A stretch of DNA of 64,000 bases from the human T2T-CHM13v2.0 reference genome, Homo sapiens, in the NCBI RefSeq assembly GCF_009914755.1, contig NC_060940.1; one strand, given 5' to 3'. Numbering within the stretch: the stretch's first letter is position 1; each line of letters begins with the position of its first letter. The notes under the pieces are model-generated. The model did not search any database. It saw only the letters and a program-made list of their open reading frames with translations, and was not told where the DNA came from. Below are positions 26,581-40,700 of this stretch, in pieces. The translations under genes and the position numbers were made by a program.

Positions 26581-29177
26581 CATCTCTGAGAAACTCCAAC
26601 CATTCTGAAAAACTCCAAAAGACCATTCTTGGTAACTGTGCCAAGTGAATGGCCTGGTCTCTGAAACTCTACGCTCAGACACAGGTCATCCTGGAGAGTG
26701 GTGTCCTTCTGGATTGTCACATACCCTGTGAATGAAGCATGTGTTACAACAATAATGGAAAATACGCAAGTGAGAAAAAAAGTTTCTCAGTGCCCCACCA
26801 CCCTAAATTCTGGCTCCACCCCTATTTGTTTTCTCATATTTGTCTTCTCATATTTGTCTGAATTTCTCCAAGGAGCCCATAATCAATGCTGGGTCATTCC
26901 TGGAGTCTTGACGGTCACCAGGATTCACCTTTGGCTTTTGTTTCAGTCCAGAAGAGTTAGTGTCACGCGTGAGGCAAACACATGCTGCGACTTGTTTGAG
27001 GGACCACTGAGATTTCAAGTTGAGGAAAAGCCTTCTGGTACATGAGGTCGATTGTACAATGAATATGAATATTGAACATTCCTGCCAGCAGTCTGCAGAC
27101 TTCTGATTTCAGGCCCCTGCAAACTGTTATTTCCTGGGCTTGTTTTTAAAAGCAGAGCCCAAACTTATTTCTGAGAAAGGACAGAATTAAAATTCAGCAG
27201 ATAGTTGTTCATGCTGTATAAATAAATTCCTCTTCAGAGAGTGAAGGAATCCTCTTTCTCAGGGACCACAGGACCGCTTATAATGACTGTTTTCCTCACA
27301 TCAAGAGCTCAGTCTTTGTGGCACCTTGACTTTTTTTGGAGGGGGCAACCAGTAACTGTTGTGTAAATGTATGTCATATACATTAATTTTTACCATGAAA
27401 TCTGAATGCTTGGGGATATACAAGTAAATGTTTCTTGACATATGATTTCCCTAAAGTGAATGTAAAAATGCCCTGATCTTGAATTGAAAAACAGAACATG
27501 TGGTTAAACTAGCAAAGACAGAAAACTCTATAGTAAATATTGTCATTCAATGATCAGCTAAACTAAAGCTGATTATTGAAGGTTTCTCATTATTTTGTGC
27601 TTACTTCCTATCTCTCCCCATTTCTTGTAGTTTTAGAATTCCAGATTCTCTTATGTGTTATCATGTTGGGGGTCTACTTTGATCAAGAATAGCATTTTTT
27701 AACATACTATTCCTCTGAACAATATAGGCAGCCCCTATTTTGTATTGATCTATTACTCTGACACTACTTTAAACAGACAAATAAGCAAACATTCTGATTC
27801 CTTTAGGGGCCTTTTATCAGATTTTGGTGGGACTCTTTCAACAAATAGCTGATGTAACTCAGTTAGTTTGGACCCTGCTAAACTTGTGGAAATATCTCTG
27901 AGGCTAGCAGGCTTCTGGCCACCAGGTACTTTTAGAAACTAAGTTGTAACACTCAGTGACAGTGTTTATTCCCATGGAAATAATGTAATAATTAAAGATT
28001 GAATTCCTTGGACAGGGATATTTGGCCGGATACTTAATGATATCATTAAAGAAAAAACACCAACAGCACAAGTTTCTAAACCAATAAAAAAAATAGTAAA
28101 ACTGTTTTCTAGCTTCTTTAAAATGGGCTTACTATATTGTTACTTTGATTTTAGCAGGGACCCTAACGATTGACAAAATGTACTCATAGTACATGAAAAT
28201 ACAACTCCACTGTGGTGTAAATTTGCTCTAAAACTAATATGCTGGTGATAATAAACATTACGCATTTAACTAACAACAATTTTGCTTCATTTGCAGAATT
28301 TAGAAAAGCTTTTTGGTAGCATTTTGGAAGGCTCAGATTTCTTTAAGACATCTGTCTAGGGAAATTTGAACTAATTTCTCTTCTATTTCCCTCTTGTAAA
28401 AATTCCCATTAGCAAGCAAATGCATTCAAAACCATTCCATTGATCTTATAACTGTGTTTTATAACAATAGCCATGAGCTTTTCCTTTCTATCCTGTGGGC
28501 TGAAAGCACTGCAGTGGGGTGTCTGAATGGCACACAGGAACCAGGGGAACTGGGAAGTGAGGGGCAGCCAGCTTTGAGAGGGACCCCGGTCTGTCTTTCT
28601 AGCACAGCAAATGTCAGGGGAAAGGGATTTGGCTTCACCCTTTTTGTTTTCTGACCCTGTTTCCAGGAAGACTTTGTAAAAGTTGAAGACTGCCAGGAAC
28701 TTATTTAAAACTATAATGGAAGTTTTAAAATGATCATAAAATGCCAGTTTCATGACAGCTTCATGACAAAATCACAGTTTGGCCTTCTTCTCCAAAAACC
28801 AAAGACTTCCTATGAAGCAAATCACCCACCCCAAATTCAGTCACATCCCATCTTTACATTTCTCCCAGTACCTTCTGGTCCTATCAGTTCAATGTCATGC
28901 TGAGGATATAAAGGCCCAGGGACAAATGTGGCAGGGGATGGGTTCAATTTATCTGATGCAACCCTGCTGAAATTATCTTTTTCAACAGACATTTTATCAA
29001 GTCATAGGAGAGTTTAACTTTCTCTCTTTTCTAATTAGTTCTATGAACTTATCTATTTTCCTCATATTTTCTAACCCAGGCCTAGAGAGAAATTTGACCT
29101 TTATAATGACTACAATATATCAAGTACTTATGATATGCCAGGTAAAATGCTAAATATTGCATGTATTATTATAATTA

Positions 29178-29328
29178 TTTGAGACAGGGTCTCACTCCTG
29201 TCTCCCAGACTGGAGTGTAGTGGTGCCATCTTGGCTCATAGCAGCCTCAAATTTCAAAGTTCAGGTGATCCTCCCACCTCAGCCCCCCGAGTAGCTGGGA
29301 CTACAGGCAAGTGCCACCATGCCTGGCT

Positions 29329-29381
<53 letters not shown>

Positions 29382-29500
29382 TTTTGGTAGAGATGGGGTT
29401 TCACCATGTTGCTAGGGTGGTCAAACTCCTGGGCTCAAGCGATCCACTCACCTCAGCCTCCCAAAGTGCTGGGATTACAGGCGTGAGCCACTGTGCCTGG
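29178..29500 (-). mobile_element. AluJ with (GT)25 in the middle linker, nested in a MIR
   Basis: Antisense dimer; MIR-like flanks at ~29100-29170 and ~29500-29690. Confidence 0.92.
29330..29379. repeat. (GT)25 microsatellite
   Basis: Uninterrupted dinucleotide run. Confidence 0.97.
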
Positions 29501-29765
29501 TCTGTGATACTTATTATTGCATTGAATCCCCAAGTAAGTTAGAGATTCTTAGTCTCTACAGTTAAGGAAACCAAGTCTCAGCAGGATCATACAGCAAGAT
29601 TTCCCCTGATTGCATGGCTAGTAAGTGTTGAGGCTGAGATTCTAACTGAGGTCTATCTCATGGAAAACCCATGCTCACAGCCACTGTGCTGTGTGCTCCT
29701 CCTGTTTGGATGTGGTCCTTGTCTGGGTACCTCAGTGTTCGCATGAGGCATCTCTGGCTTCTGAG

Positions 29766-29908
29766 ATGTAGACAGAAACATCTAGATATTAGGTTGATGC
29801 AAAAGTAATTTCAGTTTTTGCCATTAAAAGTATGTTTAAGAATTAACATCCCAAATGAAAGGTACTTGAAGTTTAAGCCACTCTGAATACTAATAAGATA
29901 CATAGTGT
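29766..29908 (+). repeat. Left arm of a 143-bp inverted repeat; contains half a MADE1 (Hsmar1 TIR) at ~29789-29831
   Basis: Reverse complement of 30560-30702 with 10 mismatches and no gaps. Contains TTAGGTTGATGCAAAAGTAATTTCAGTTTTTGCCATTAAAAGT. Confidence 0.95.
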
Positions 29909-30559
29909 AATAGTAACGTATGCCTGAGACCCAGCCTAATATTCTTCTTTGAATTCACACTTAACACTCACTCACACAACCAATTTTATTGAAGCTCTCT
30001 TTGTGCAAGAAAGTCCACTTTGAAACTAGAGTTCTCCAGAGAAACAAAAGCCTCCTTAGAAACAATGTTGGAGTCTGGATTGCTGTGGAGGAAGCTTAAA
30101 AAGCTTGAGTCCCTTCCACTTCTATTCTTGAATGGGTTTTGGCCCCTAGCTGGTTCAGAAATTCTTTATCCTCATTTAGATTCTCTAAGGGAGTGGTTCA
30201 TTCCAGCCCAGCACAGCCTCATTCTGCCCATAGCAGGTTTCCACCCTGGCTCTGCTCCCCTGCAGGGTGAGCACCAGGAGGGGACAGCTGCTGGGCCCAC
30301 TTTGCATAGGGGCATGTATGACCCAGGCAGGGCAGACTCCCTGCGGAAAAACCTCAGGGCTGCTTTCTGGCTTTAGTCATATTCGTTAGATGAAACTTGT
30401 GGGTGTTACTAAGACATTCTGTGCCCTGAAATTGGGAGTGGTTTTGAAAACTGGTCTCAACTATTAGATTCCAAACAACTAAGCTTCCACATTCAATGAC
30501 AGTTATATGCAGCAAAGAAGTCTTTCTCATTGCCTGTTTTTCCATCCTTCTGTGTGCAA

Positions 30560-30702
30560 ACACTATGTATCTTATTAGTATTTAGAGTGGCTTAAACTTC
30601 TAGTACCTTTCATTAGGGATGTTAATTCTTAAATACACTTTTAATGGCAAAAACCGCAATTACTTTTGCACCAACCTAAAACCTAGATGTTTCTGTCTAC
30701 AT
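30560..30702 (-). repeat. Right arm of the 143-bp inverted repeat; contains half a MADE1 at ~30637-30679
   Basis: ACTTTTAATGGCAAAAACCGCAATTACTTTTGCACCAACCTAA matches the recalled MADE1 half. Confidence 0.95.
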
Positions 30703-31046
30703 AGTCAGATAGTGAGTGGAGGCAGTGCAAGAGATGTCAGTTTTGCAGCTTGCTTTTCTTCAGTTCCTCGCATCAGATTCTGTTCTCTGTTCTGATTCTC
30801 TTTTCAGACACCTGTTTCTCCTCGTTTTCTACTTTCTGGTAGTATTACCTCAGAATCTAGAGCTAACCCCCAAGTGCTCCTTGGCTGAAAGCACTTTAAT
30901 ATCTAATGGATGATAACAGGATCTAACATGGAGTTGTGGGGAAATCATGGACACAGGATTTATTTATTTAATAAATATATTTATTGTCACTACATGGAGA
31001 GTACACCATACTCACCTCTGGATGAGTGGGGAAACTGCTGATATGA

Positions 31047-31422
<376 letters not shown>

Positions 31423-32689
31423 TGCTTCCTTTTTTAAAACCAACTTTTTCTTATGCTGGTATTCAAGGAAATGTTAGTAAGCATACAGTAAAAGGTGCTC
31501 AAAGTGCACATAAACCTGGGACATGTTGGAGTTAAACGAAACTAAATAGTTTTCTTAGCTGCAGGCTGCCGAGAGCCTGAAATGTGCGAATGTGTGTCAT
31601 AATTGTTCACAAAGAGCTCCATCATGTTAAGCATTTCCTAATTATTTGACCATAGAACTTCTTTTTTCATGGCAAGTCTACTAATAGCTCCTAGAACAGA
31701 GTTCCAATGATCATTATGTGATGAACACTGAAGGTCTTTTTCAAAAGCTTTGAAGGTTCTTGTCAAAAGTACATGCATTATCCAAGAGAGGAAATGCAAT
31801 TGACCACCACTATCCCAGAGTAAGTTGGCTGAAATTAGCTAGCTAATCTCACTTAGCAAGGCCTGGGCAACAGCTTCCTCTGTCTTGAGTTTGAGTCCCT
31901 GTCTGTCATTTCTGCATGATCTATGCTAATTTTTGACCCCACTGGTCCTCTTTCTTGCCCTACAATTTATCCTCCCTAACTGACATGGATAGAGTGGGCA
32001 TCAGAGATAATGTTTTCCAGGCTCCAGCAAGAGCCACCCTTTCAGCCCCCGGTCCCAACAACGAAACACTGTAAGAAGGTTTGTCTATGTCAGGCATTCT
32101 CTGGCTTACAAGGAGAAAAGATTTTCCTTCCTAACCTAACTGAACTTAATCCTGAACTTAATCCTGAAATATTCTCATCGCTTTTTCACCTCTGAAAAAT
32201 GTGACCTTAATCAAACTTGACTGCTAAATATTGGACAGGGTGAGAGCCACAGAGAATCAAAAGGATACATGCTGAAAGGTAGTGTGTATGTGTATTAAAC
32301 TTTCCTGAGCAATTTCAAAGAGGTAGTAGTTGTGTGAAGGGTAGAATATTTGTACCATGATTTGGATTTTGTAGAAATCTTTTCAGTCAGCAATGAAGGC
32401 AAACTGGTCATAGAAGTCCTACCCACCCTTCTATCTCAACCAACTTCGAAGGCATGGAGACAGGTAATTAAGACATCACCTGGGGCTCTACTTGTCAGAT
32501 CCCCAAATGAACTTTCACAATTAAGTTCTTTAAGATCATTTGGGTATTATGCCTTATGTTTATTTAGCTCTTTAGAGTTTGTCAAATACTTTCACATAAC
32601 TTATCCAAACTGATTTAAAAAATTATTTGTATTTTACTTTTTAAATTAAATTAATTAATTCATTTTGGCCTGGTAATGTCACAAAAAAT

Positions 32690-33076
32690 TATTTTTAGAA
32701 CGATTTTAGGTTTACATAAAAATTGGCCTGAAAGTGAAGAGGATTCCTACTTACCTATACTTTCTTCTCCCTGCAGTTTGTTTTACTATTAATATCTGGC
32801 ATTACTGAGGTATATTTGTTACAATTGATCAATCAGTATGGATACATTATTATTAAATGAAGTCCACAGTTTACATCAGGGCTCATCTTGTGTTGTGCAG
32901 TCTGTGGGCCTTGACAGATGTAAAATGTCGTGTATCCACCATTAGAATATCATAGAGAATAGTTTCACTGCCCTAAAAATATGATGTGTTCCACCTTTTC
33001 ATCCTCGAGTCCCTGGCAATCATTGGTCTATTTCCTGTCTGTATAGTTTGCCTTTTCCAAAATGTCATGTAGTTGG
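32690..33076 (-). mobile_element. L1MC1/2-like 3' end
   Basis: GGTATATTTGTTACAATTGATCAATCAGTATGGATACATTATTATTAA...GAATAGTTTCACTGCCCTAAAAAT. Confidence 0.75.
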
Positions 33077-33960
33077 CCAAATTGACTTTAATCTTCATGA
33101 CAACTCTGTAGCTAGGCAAGTTTTGTTATCTCATCATAGATGAAAGAAGTTCAGTGAGATGAAGTGACTTATCTAAGGACTCACGATCGAGGGTGCCCAA
33201 GCCAGGACTAGGACCAGCTAAAAGCATGAACACCAGCCGATCTCAGAAAGGGGTTAATTGCTGAAGACATAGACTATTAGCTTACAGGAGCCCTCTCAGC
33301 CCAAGCACTTTAATTTCTTAGTAGCTACAAGGAGGAAGATTGCACATCTTCAAAGGAAACTAGATGCATGATATTGGTGAGATGAGACTTGGAGGTGACT
33401 TCACAGATGATGGGTTTAATGCCTCATAATTATGAAGGAAGGCCAGTCTCTGCCAGTCTGACTCAGAGGGCTTAATGAGTCATCCTATTTGTCCTCTCTG
33501 CTGCTATTTATGGGCTTCCCAGTTGCTGATATTTGTTGGTTAAATGCTCACACAACCAGTCTTGCCTAAAGCAGTATCATTTATAGGGTGTTGAGAATAA
33601 ACAGGGTGACAGGAGTGGGATAGTCATTTTAAAGAATATTTAGTAGCTGATTCTTTTTTAAAGCTCTCCTTGCTTAAAATATAAATATTCTGAAAGAAAA
33701 CAAAAGCCAAGATCCTTTTTGTAGAGAGTTGGAGAATGCTAGGACTTTCTGGGAGTGCTGGCTTTTGCACGGGCATGGGTAAACATTAGTGAAGTTATTG
33801 CTGAGAACAGCTCGGGACGGGACGGGAATGAAAAGAGAAGACAGTGTGGAGACAATGAGAGAAAAGGACTGAAATGTAGTCACCTGAGCAACTTAAGATC
33901 CGTTTGTCATTAGAAAGAGACTAGAACAGCAACATCACCCTCATAAAGTGTAGTCATCTG

Positions 33961-34270
<310 letters not shown>

Positions 34271-34289
34271 TCATCTGAGTCCATGTAGT

Positions 34290-34745
34290 AGACTAATTGC
34301 TTACTCCAAAGGAGTGATTGAAGAAAAATTAATGAAGAGGCTATTTACAAAGGAGCAAACAGGATTAGGGGGGCATTCTGGAGCCAGTAACTGCAGAGAG
34401 CCATGACCATCCTCAGGCCTAAGGAGGCAAGGGAAGGGAGCACTGACTGGACCCTAGAGAGACTTGTAGTTTAGCAGAGGCTGTCTGACTTAACTGGGCC
34501 CTTTGGTAGAGGAAAGCAGCCACTGCCAATCTACAGGGGGTGAGCTGGAGAATAAATAACACACTCTTTTCTTTCATCCTCTTAATTTCTGCTGATACTT
34601 TCCATTGGCCAAACCCTAAAATGAAACAGAGACCAAGGAAACCCATATGATACAATAATCCATGAAGGTCAGCCTCCCAGGCCACGGAGTCAGCAGAGCA
34701 GAGGAGGGTGGAGAGGGCTCTGGAGGGCCACACACCAAAAACCTT
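34290..34745 (-). mobile_element. LTR33-like solo LTR
   Basis: TTCCATTGGCCAAACCC...GGTCAGCCTCCCAGG...GAGGGTGGAGAGGGCTCTGGAGGG. Confidence 0.65.
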
Positions 34746-35139
34746 CAGCTCCAAGGAAGAGGAACACGTTAATGCCCTAGGGATAGACAGTACCAGAAGA
34801 TTGTGTTGAAATCTGCTTTCTTAAGTCTTTATTCATATTAAAGTCACTATTAATTAATTAAAATATTATAATGACATATATTGAGTGTGCAGCTTCAACT
34901 TTATATATCCCTTGGTGCCTGAAAATTCTGAAATGCCTGTTTTGGAAGGGTCCATCTCCCTCAAGTCCCTATGGAAAATCACTCCTAAGAGGCAAGACAA
35001 GGGTAGCTGTGTTAAAGTTGAATGTGTGTGGAAAGCTTAGTTAAAAAGCCATTGCATAGTTATAATAATAAAGAGGGGGTCGCAGTTTGCACCTACACAT
35101 ATTAATATTTTCCCACTTTATACTTAGATTTAGCTTAAG

Positions 35140-35705
35140 TTTATCCATTTATTCATTCAACAAACACATACTATGCTCCTGCTTTGTGATTGTAAAAGTA
35201 TCTACAAAATCTGTCTCTAATAACCCTCCCTGACTCCTGGCCCCTGGCCCCCAGCCACCACTGGCAGGACTGATGGTAGGTGCTGAGGCAAAGGAAAAGC
35301 TTCTCTGAGGCGGTGACATTTGAGCACAGGAGGAAGGAGTCAGCCCTGCAGATCTTGGGGACGGGCTGAGGAAATAGCTTGCTCAAGGATCTGAGCTTTG
35401 CGTGAAGGCGGAAGGTGCTAGGGGAGGCAATGATATGGTGGTCCGAGGCCTGTTCATGGAGGGCCTTCCAGGCCACAGTAAGACATTTGGATTTTATTCT
35501 GAGGGTGTGTATAGTAAATAGAAGGTTCTGAGAAGGAAAGTGAGATGACAGAATTTATCTTTCTAAAAATAAATTCCAGCTACTATGTGGAGATTGATTC
35601 CAGGGAAATGGAAGCAAGGGAACTGATTAGGAGGCGATTTCAGTGGCTGTGACAAGGGATGACGGTGGTCAGTAGAGGTGCTGAAAAGTGGTTGGGCATG
35701 GATAC
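35140..35705 (-). mobile_element. L2 relic
   Basis: CATTTATTCATTCAACAAAC...CTCTGAGGCGGTGACATTTGAGC...GGATTTTATTCTGAG. Confidence 0.65.
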
Positions 35706-36689
35706 ACTCTATGTGGATATTCATATTGTCCTTTTAGTTAAAGATGACAATTTTCTAAAGGAAGATTTTCTTTTGTGGATGGGGTTGAGGGAACTCACAC
35801 CAGTTAAAATGAATTGAATTGCTGTTGTCTAACTTAGCCTGCCTCAAATTCACTCAGGAGACTTATTTAAAAAGGAAGATTTCCCAGAGAGATTTATTTA
35901 AGGGAAAGCAGAATTGGCATTCTTCTTTCGACCTAGAGCACCTTGACAAGCTGTTGCCAGGACACGCAAGTGGGATGGTGTCTCTTGTGCAACTGATAAG
36001 AGGAAGTGACCCTTGGATTGAAGGAAGTAGAAAGATTAAATCAGAAAGAATCAAGGTTCAGAGTCTGCAAAGCCACAAGCCCTCTGTATGGGCCAGCAAA
36101 CCCCTGGGCCTGAGAGGCATCAGTAATTGTCACCCGAGTTGGATTGAACTGAAATAAAGAAGTAAAGATCCTATATAATCTATTGAAATCTTTAAAAGGG
36201 TTGCAAGATATGCATTACTAATCTATATATTATCTTAAAAACAAACAAGACTTGACTCTGAAGACAGCGCTAGATCTCCCAGCACAATGTTTGAGCTCTG
36301 CCAATGGTCAGACTGCCTCCTCAAGTGTGTCCCTGACCCCCATGTCTCCAGACTGGGAGACACTTCCCAGCAGGGGCCAACAGACACCTCATACAGGAAA
36401 GCTCTGGCTGGCATCTGGTGGGTGCCCCTCTGGGATGAAGCTTCCAGAGGAAGGAACAGGCAGCAATCTTTGCTGCTCTGTAGCCTCCACTGGTGATACC
36501 CAGGCAAACAGGGTCTGGAGTGGAACTCCAGCAAACTCCAGCAGACCTGCAGCAGAGGGGCCTGACTGTTAGAAGGAAAACTAACAAACAGGAAGGAATA
36601 GTATCAACATCAACAAAAAGGATGTCCACTCAGAAACCCCATCTGAAGGTCACCAATGTCAAACACCAAAGGGAGATAAATCCATGAAG

Positions 36690-37711
36690 ATGGGGTGAAA
36701 CCAGCGTGAAAAGTCTGAAAATTCCAAAAACCAGAATGCCTCTTCTCCTCCAAAGGATCACAACTCCTCACCAGCAAGGGAACAAAACTGTACAGAGAAT
36801 GAGTTTGACAAATTGACAGAAGTAGGCTTCAGAAGGTGGGTAATAAACTCCTCTGAGCTAAAGGGGCATGTTCTAACCCAAGGCAAGGAAGCTAAGAACC
36901 TTGAAAAAATGTTAGATGAATTGCTAACTAGAATAACCACTTTAGAGAAGAACATAAATGACCTGATGGAGCTGAAAAACCCAGCACGAGAACTTTGTGA
37001 AGCATATACAAGTATCAATAGCTAAATCAACCAAGCAGAAAAAAAGGATATCAGAGATTGAAGATCAAATTAATGAAATAAAGTGTGAAGACAAGATTAG
37101 AGAAAAAGAATGAAAAGGAATGAATGAAGCCTCCAAGAAATATGGGACTATGTGAAAGACAAAACCTGTGTTTGATTGGTGTATCTGAAAGTGATGGGGA
37201 GAATGGAACCAAGTTGGAAGACACTCTGCAGGGTATGATCCAGGAGAACTTCCCTAGCCTAGCAAGGCAGGCCAACATTCAAATTCAGGAAATACAGAGA
37301 ACACCACAAAGATATTCATTGAGAAGAGCAACCCCGAGACACATAATCATCAGGTTCACCAAGGTTGAAATGAAGGAAAAAATGTTAAGGGCAGCCAGAG
37401 AGAAAGGTCAAGTTACCCACAAAGGGAAGCCCATCAGACTAACAGCAGATCTCCCTGCAGAAACCCTACAAGCCAGAAGAGAATGGGGGCCAATATTCAA
37501 CATTCTTAAAGAAAAGAATTTTGAACTCAGAATTTCATATCCAGCTAAACTAAGCTTCATAAGTGAAGGAGAAATAAAATCCTTTACAGACAAGCAAATG
37601 CTGAGAGGTTTTGTCACCACCAGGCCTGCCTTACAAGAGCACCTGAAGGAAGCACTAAACATGGAAAGGAACAACCAGTACCAACCATTGCAAAAACATG
37701 CCAAATTATAA
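36690..37711 (+). pseudogene. L1 ORF1p, disrupted
   Basis: ATG GGG TGA gives a stop at codon 3. Later fragments read QENFPSLARQANIQIQEIQRTPQRYS...YPAKLSF...YQPLQKHAKL. Confidence 0.92.
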
Positions 37712-37772
37712 AGACCATCAACGCTATGAAGAAACTGCATCAACTAACGGGCAAAATAACCAGCTAGCATCA

Positions 37773-40700
37773 ATGACAGGATCAAATTCACACATAACAA
37801 TATTAACCTTAAATGTAAATGGGCTAAATGCCCCAATTGAAAGACACAGAGTGGCAAATGGGATAGAGTCAAGACCCACTGGTGTGCTGTATTCAGGAGA
37901 CCCACCTCATTTGCAAAGATACACATAGGCTCAAAATAAAGGGATGGAAGAATATTCACCAAGCAAATGGAAAGCAAAAAAAGCAGAGGTTGCCATCCTA
38001 GTCTCTGATAAAACAGACTTTAAACCAGTAAAGATAAAAAGAGACACAGAAGGGCATTACCTAATGGTAAAGAGATCAATGCAACAAGAAGAGCTGCCTA
38101 TCCTAAATATATATGCACCCAAAACAGGAGCACACAGACTCATAAAGCAAGTTCTTGGAGACCTACAAAGAGACTTAGACTCCCACACAATAATAGTGGG
38201 AGACTTTAACACCACACTGTCAACATTAGACAGATCAATGAGACAGAAAATTAACAAGGATATTCAGGACTTGAACTCAGCTCTGGACCAAGCAGACCTA
38301 ATAGACATCTACAGAACTCTCCACCCCAAATTGATAGAATATACATTCTTCTCAGCACCTCATCACACTTATTCTAAAATTGACCACGTAATTGGAAGCA
38401 AAACACTTCTCAGCAAATGGAAAAGAATGGAAATCATAACAAACAGTCTCTCAGACCACAGTGCAATCAAATTAAAACTCAGGATTAAGAAACTCACTCA
38501 AAACCACACAACTACATGGAAACTGAACAACCTGCTGCTGAATGACTACTGGGTAAATAACAAAATGGAGGCAGAAATAAATAAGTTCTTTGAAACCAAT
38601 GAGAACAAAGACACAATGTACCAGAATCTCTGGGACACAGCTGAAACCGTGTTTAGAGGGAAATTTATAGCACTAAATGCCCGCAAGAGAAAGGAAGAAA
38701 GATCTAAAATTGACACCTTAACATCACAATGGAGAGAACTAGCAGAACTGAAGGAGATAGAGACACAAAAAACCCTTCAAAAAATCAGCGAATCCAGGAG
38801 CTGGTTTTTTGAAAAGATAAACAAAATTGATGGACCGCTAGCCAGACTAATAAAGAAGAAAAGAGAGAAGAATCAAATAGATGCAATAAAAAATGATAAA
38901 GGGGATATCACCACTGATCCCACAGAAATACAAACTACCATCAGAGAATACTCTAAACACCTCTATGCAAAGAAACTAGAAAATCTAGAAGAAATGGATA
39001 AATTCCCGGATACATACACCCTCCCAAGTCTAAACCAGGAAGAAGTCAAATCCCTGAATAGACCAATAACAAGTTCTGAAATTGAGGCAGTTATTAATCA
39101 TCTACCAACCAAAAAAAGTCCAGGACCAGACGGATTCACAGCTGAATTCTACCAGAGGTAAAAGGAGGAGCTGGTACCATTCCTTCTGAAACTATTCCAA
39201 ACAATAGAAAAAGAGGGAATCCTCCTTAACTCATTTTATGAGGCCAGCATCATCCTGATACCAACACCTGACAGAGACAAAACAACAGCAAAAAAATTTC
39301 AAACCAATATCCTTGATGAACATTGATATAAAAATCCTCAATAAAATACTGCTAAACCAAATCCAGCAGCACGTCAAAAAGCTTATCCACCACGATCAAG
39401 TTGGCTTCATCCCTGGGATGCAAGGCTAGTTCAACATATGCAAATTAATAAACATAATCCATCACATAAACAGAACCAATGAGAAAAACCACATGATTAT
39501 CTCAATAGATGTAGAAAAGTCCTTCGATAAAATTCACCACCCCTTAAAAATTTCTTTAAACTAGGTATTGATGGAACGTATCTCAAAATAATAAGAGCTA
39601 TTTATGACAAACTCATAGCCAATATCATACTGAATGGGCAAAAACTGGAAACATTCCCTTTGAAAACTGGCACACGACAAGGATACCCTCTCTCACCACT
39701 CCTATTCAACATAGTATTGGAAGTTCTGGCCAGGGCAATCAGGCAAGAGAAAGAAATAAACGTATTCAAATAGGAAGAAAGGAAGTCAAATTGTCTCTGT
39801 TTGCAGATGACATGATTGTATATTTAGAAAACCCCATCATCTCAGCCCAAAATCTCCTTATGCAACTTCAGCAAAGTCTCAGGATACAAAATCAATGTGC
39901 AAAAATCACAAGCTTTCCTATACACCAATAATAGACAAACAGAGAGCCAAATCATTAGTAAACTCCCATTCACAACTGCCACAAAGAGAATAAAATACCT
40001 AGGAATCCAACTCACAAGGGATGTGAAGGACTTCTTCAAGTAGAACTACAAATCACTGCTCAAGGAAATAAGAGGGGACACAAACAAATGGAAAAACATT
40101 CCATGCTCATGGATAGGAAGAATCAATATCATGAAAATGGCCATACTGCCCAAAGTAATTTATAGATTCAATGCTATCTCCATCAAGCTACCATTGACTT
40201 TCTTCACAGAATTGGAAAAAAATTACTTTAAATTTCATATGGAACCAATAAAGAGCCTGCATAGCCAAGACAATCCTAAGCAAAAAGAACAAAGCTGGAG
40301 GCATCATGCTACCTGACTTCAAACTATACTACAAGGCTACGGTAACCAAAACAGCATGATACTGGTACCAAAACAGAGATGTAGACCAATGGAACAGAAC
40401 AGAGGCCTCAGAAATAACACCACACATCTACAACTATCGGATCTTTGACAAACCTGACAGAAACAAGAAATGGGGAAAGGATTCCCTATTTAATAAATGG
40501 TATTGGGAAAACTGGCCAGCCATATGCAGAAAACTGAAACTGGACCCCTTCCTTACATCTTATACAAAAATTAACTCAAGATGGATTAAAGACTTAAACG
40601 TAAGACCTAAAACCATAAAAACCCTGGAAGAAAACCTAGGCAATACCATTCAGGACATAGGCATGGGCAAGGACTTCATGACTAAACACCAAAGCAATGG

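Noticed and set aside
29789-30679. A miR-548 precursor, or an autonomous Hsmar1 mariner
   Set aside because: The two TIRs are ~800 bp apart rather than forming an 80-nt hairpin. The spacer ORF (30020-30376) has no transposase-like motifs.
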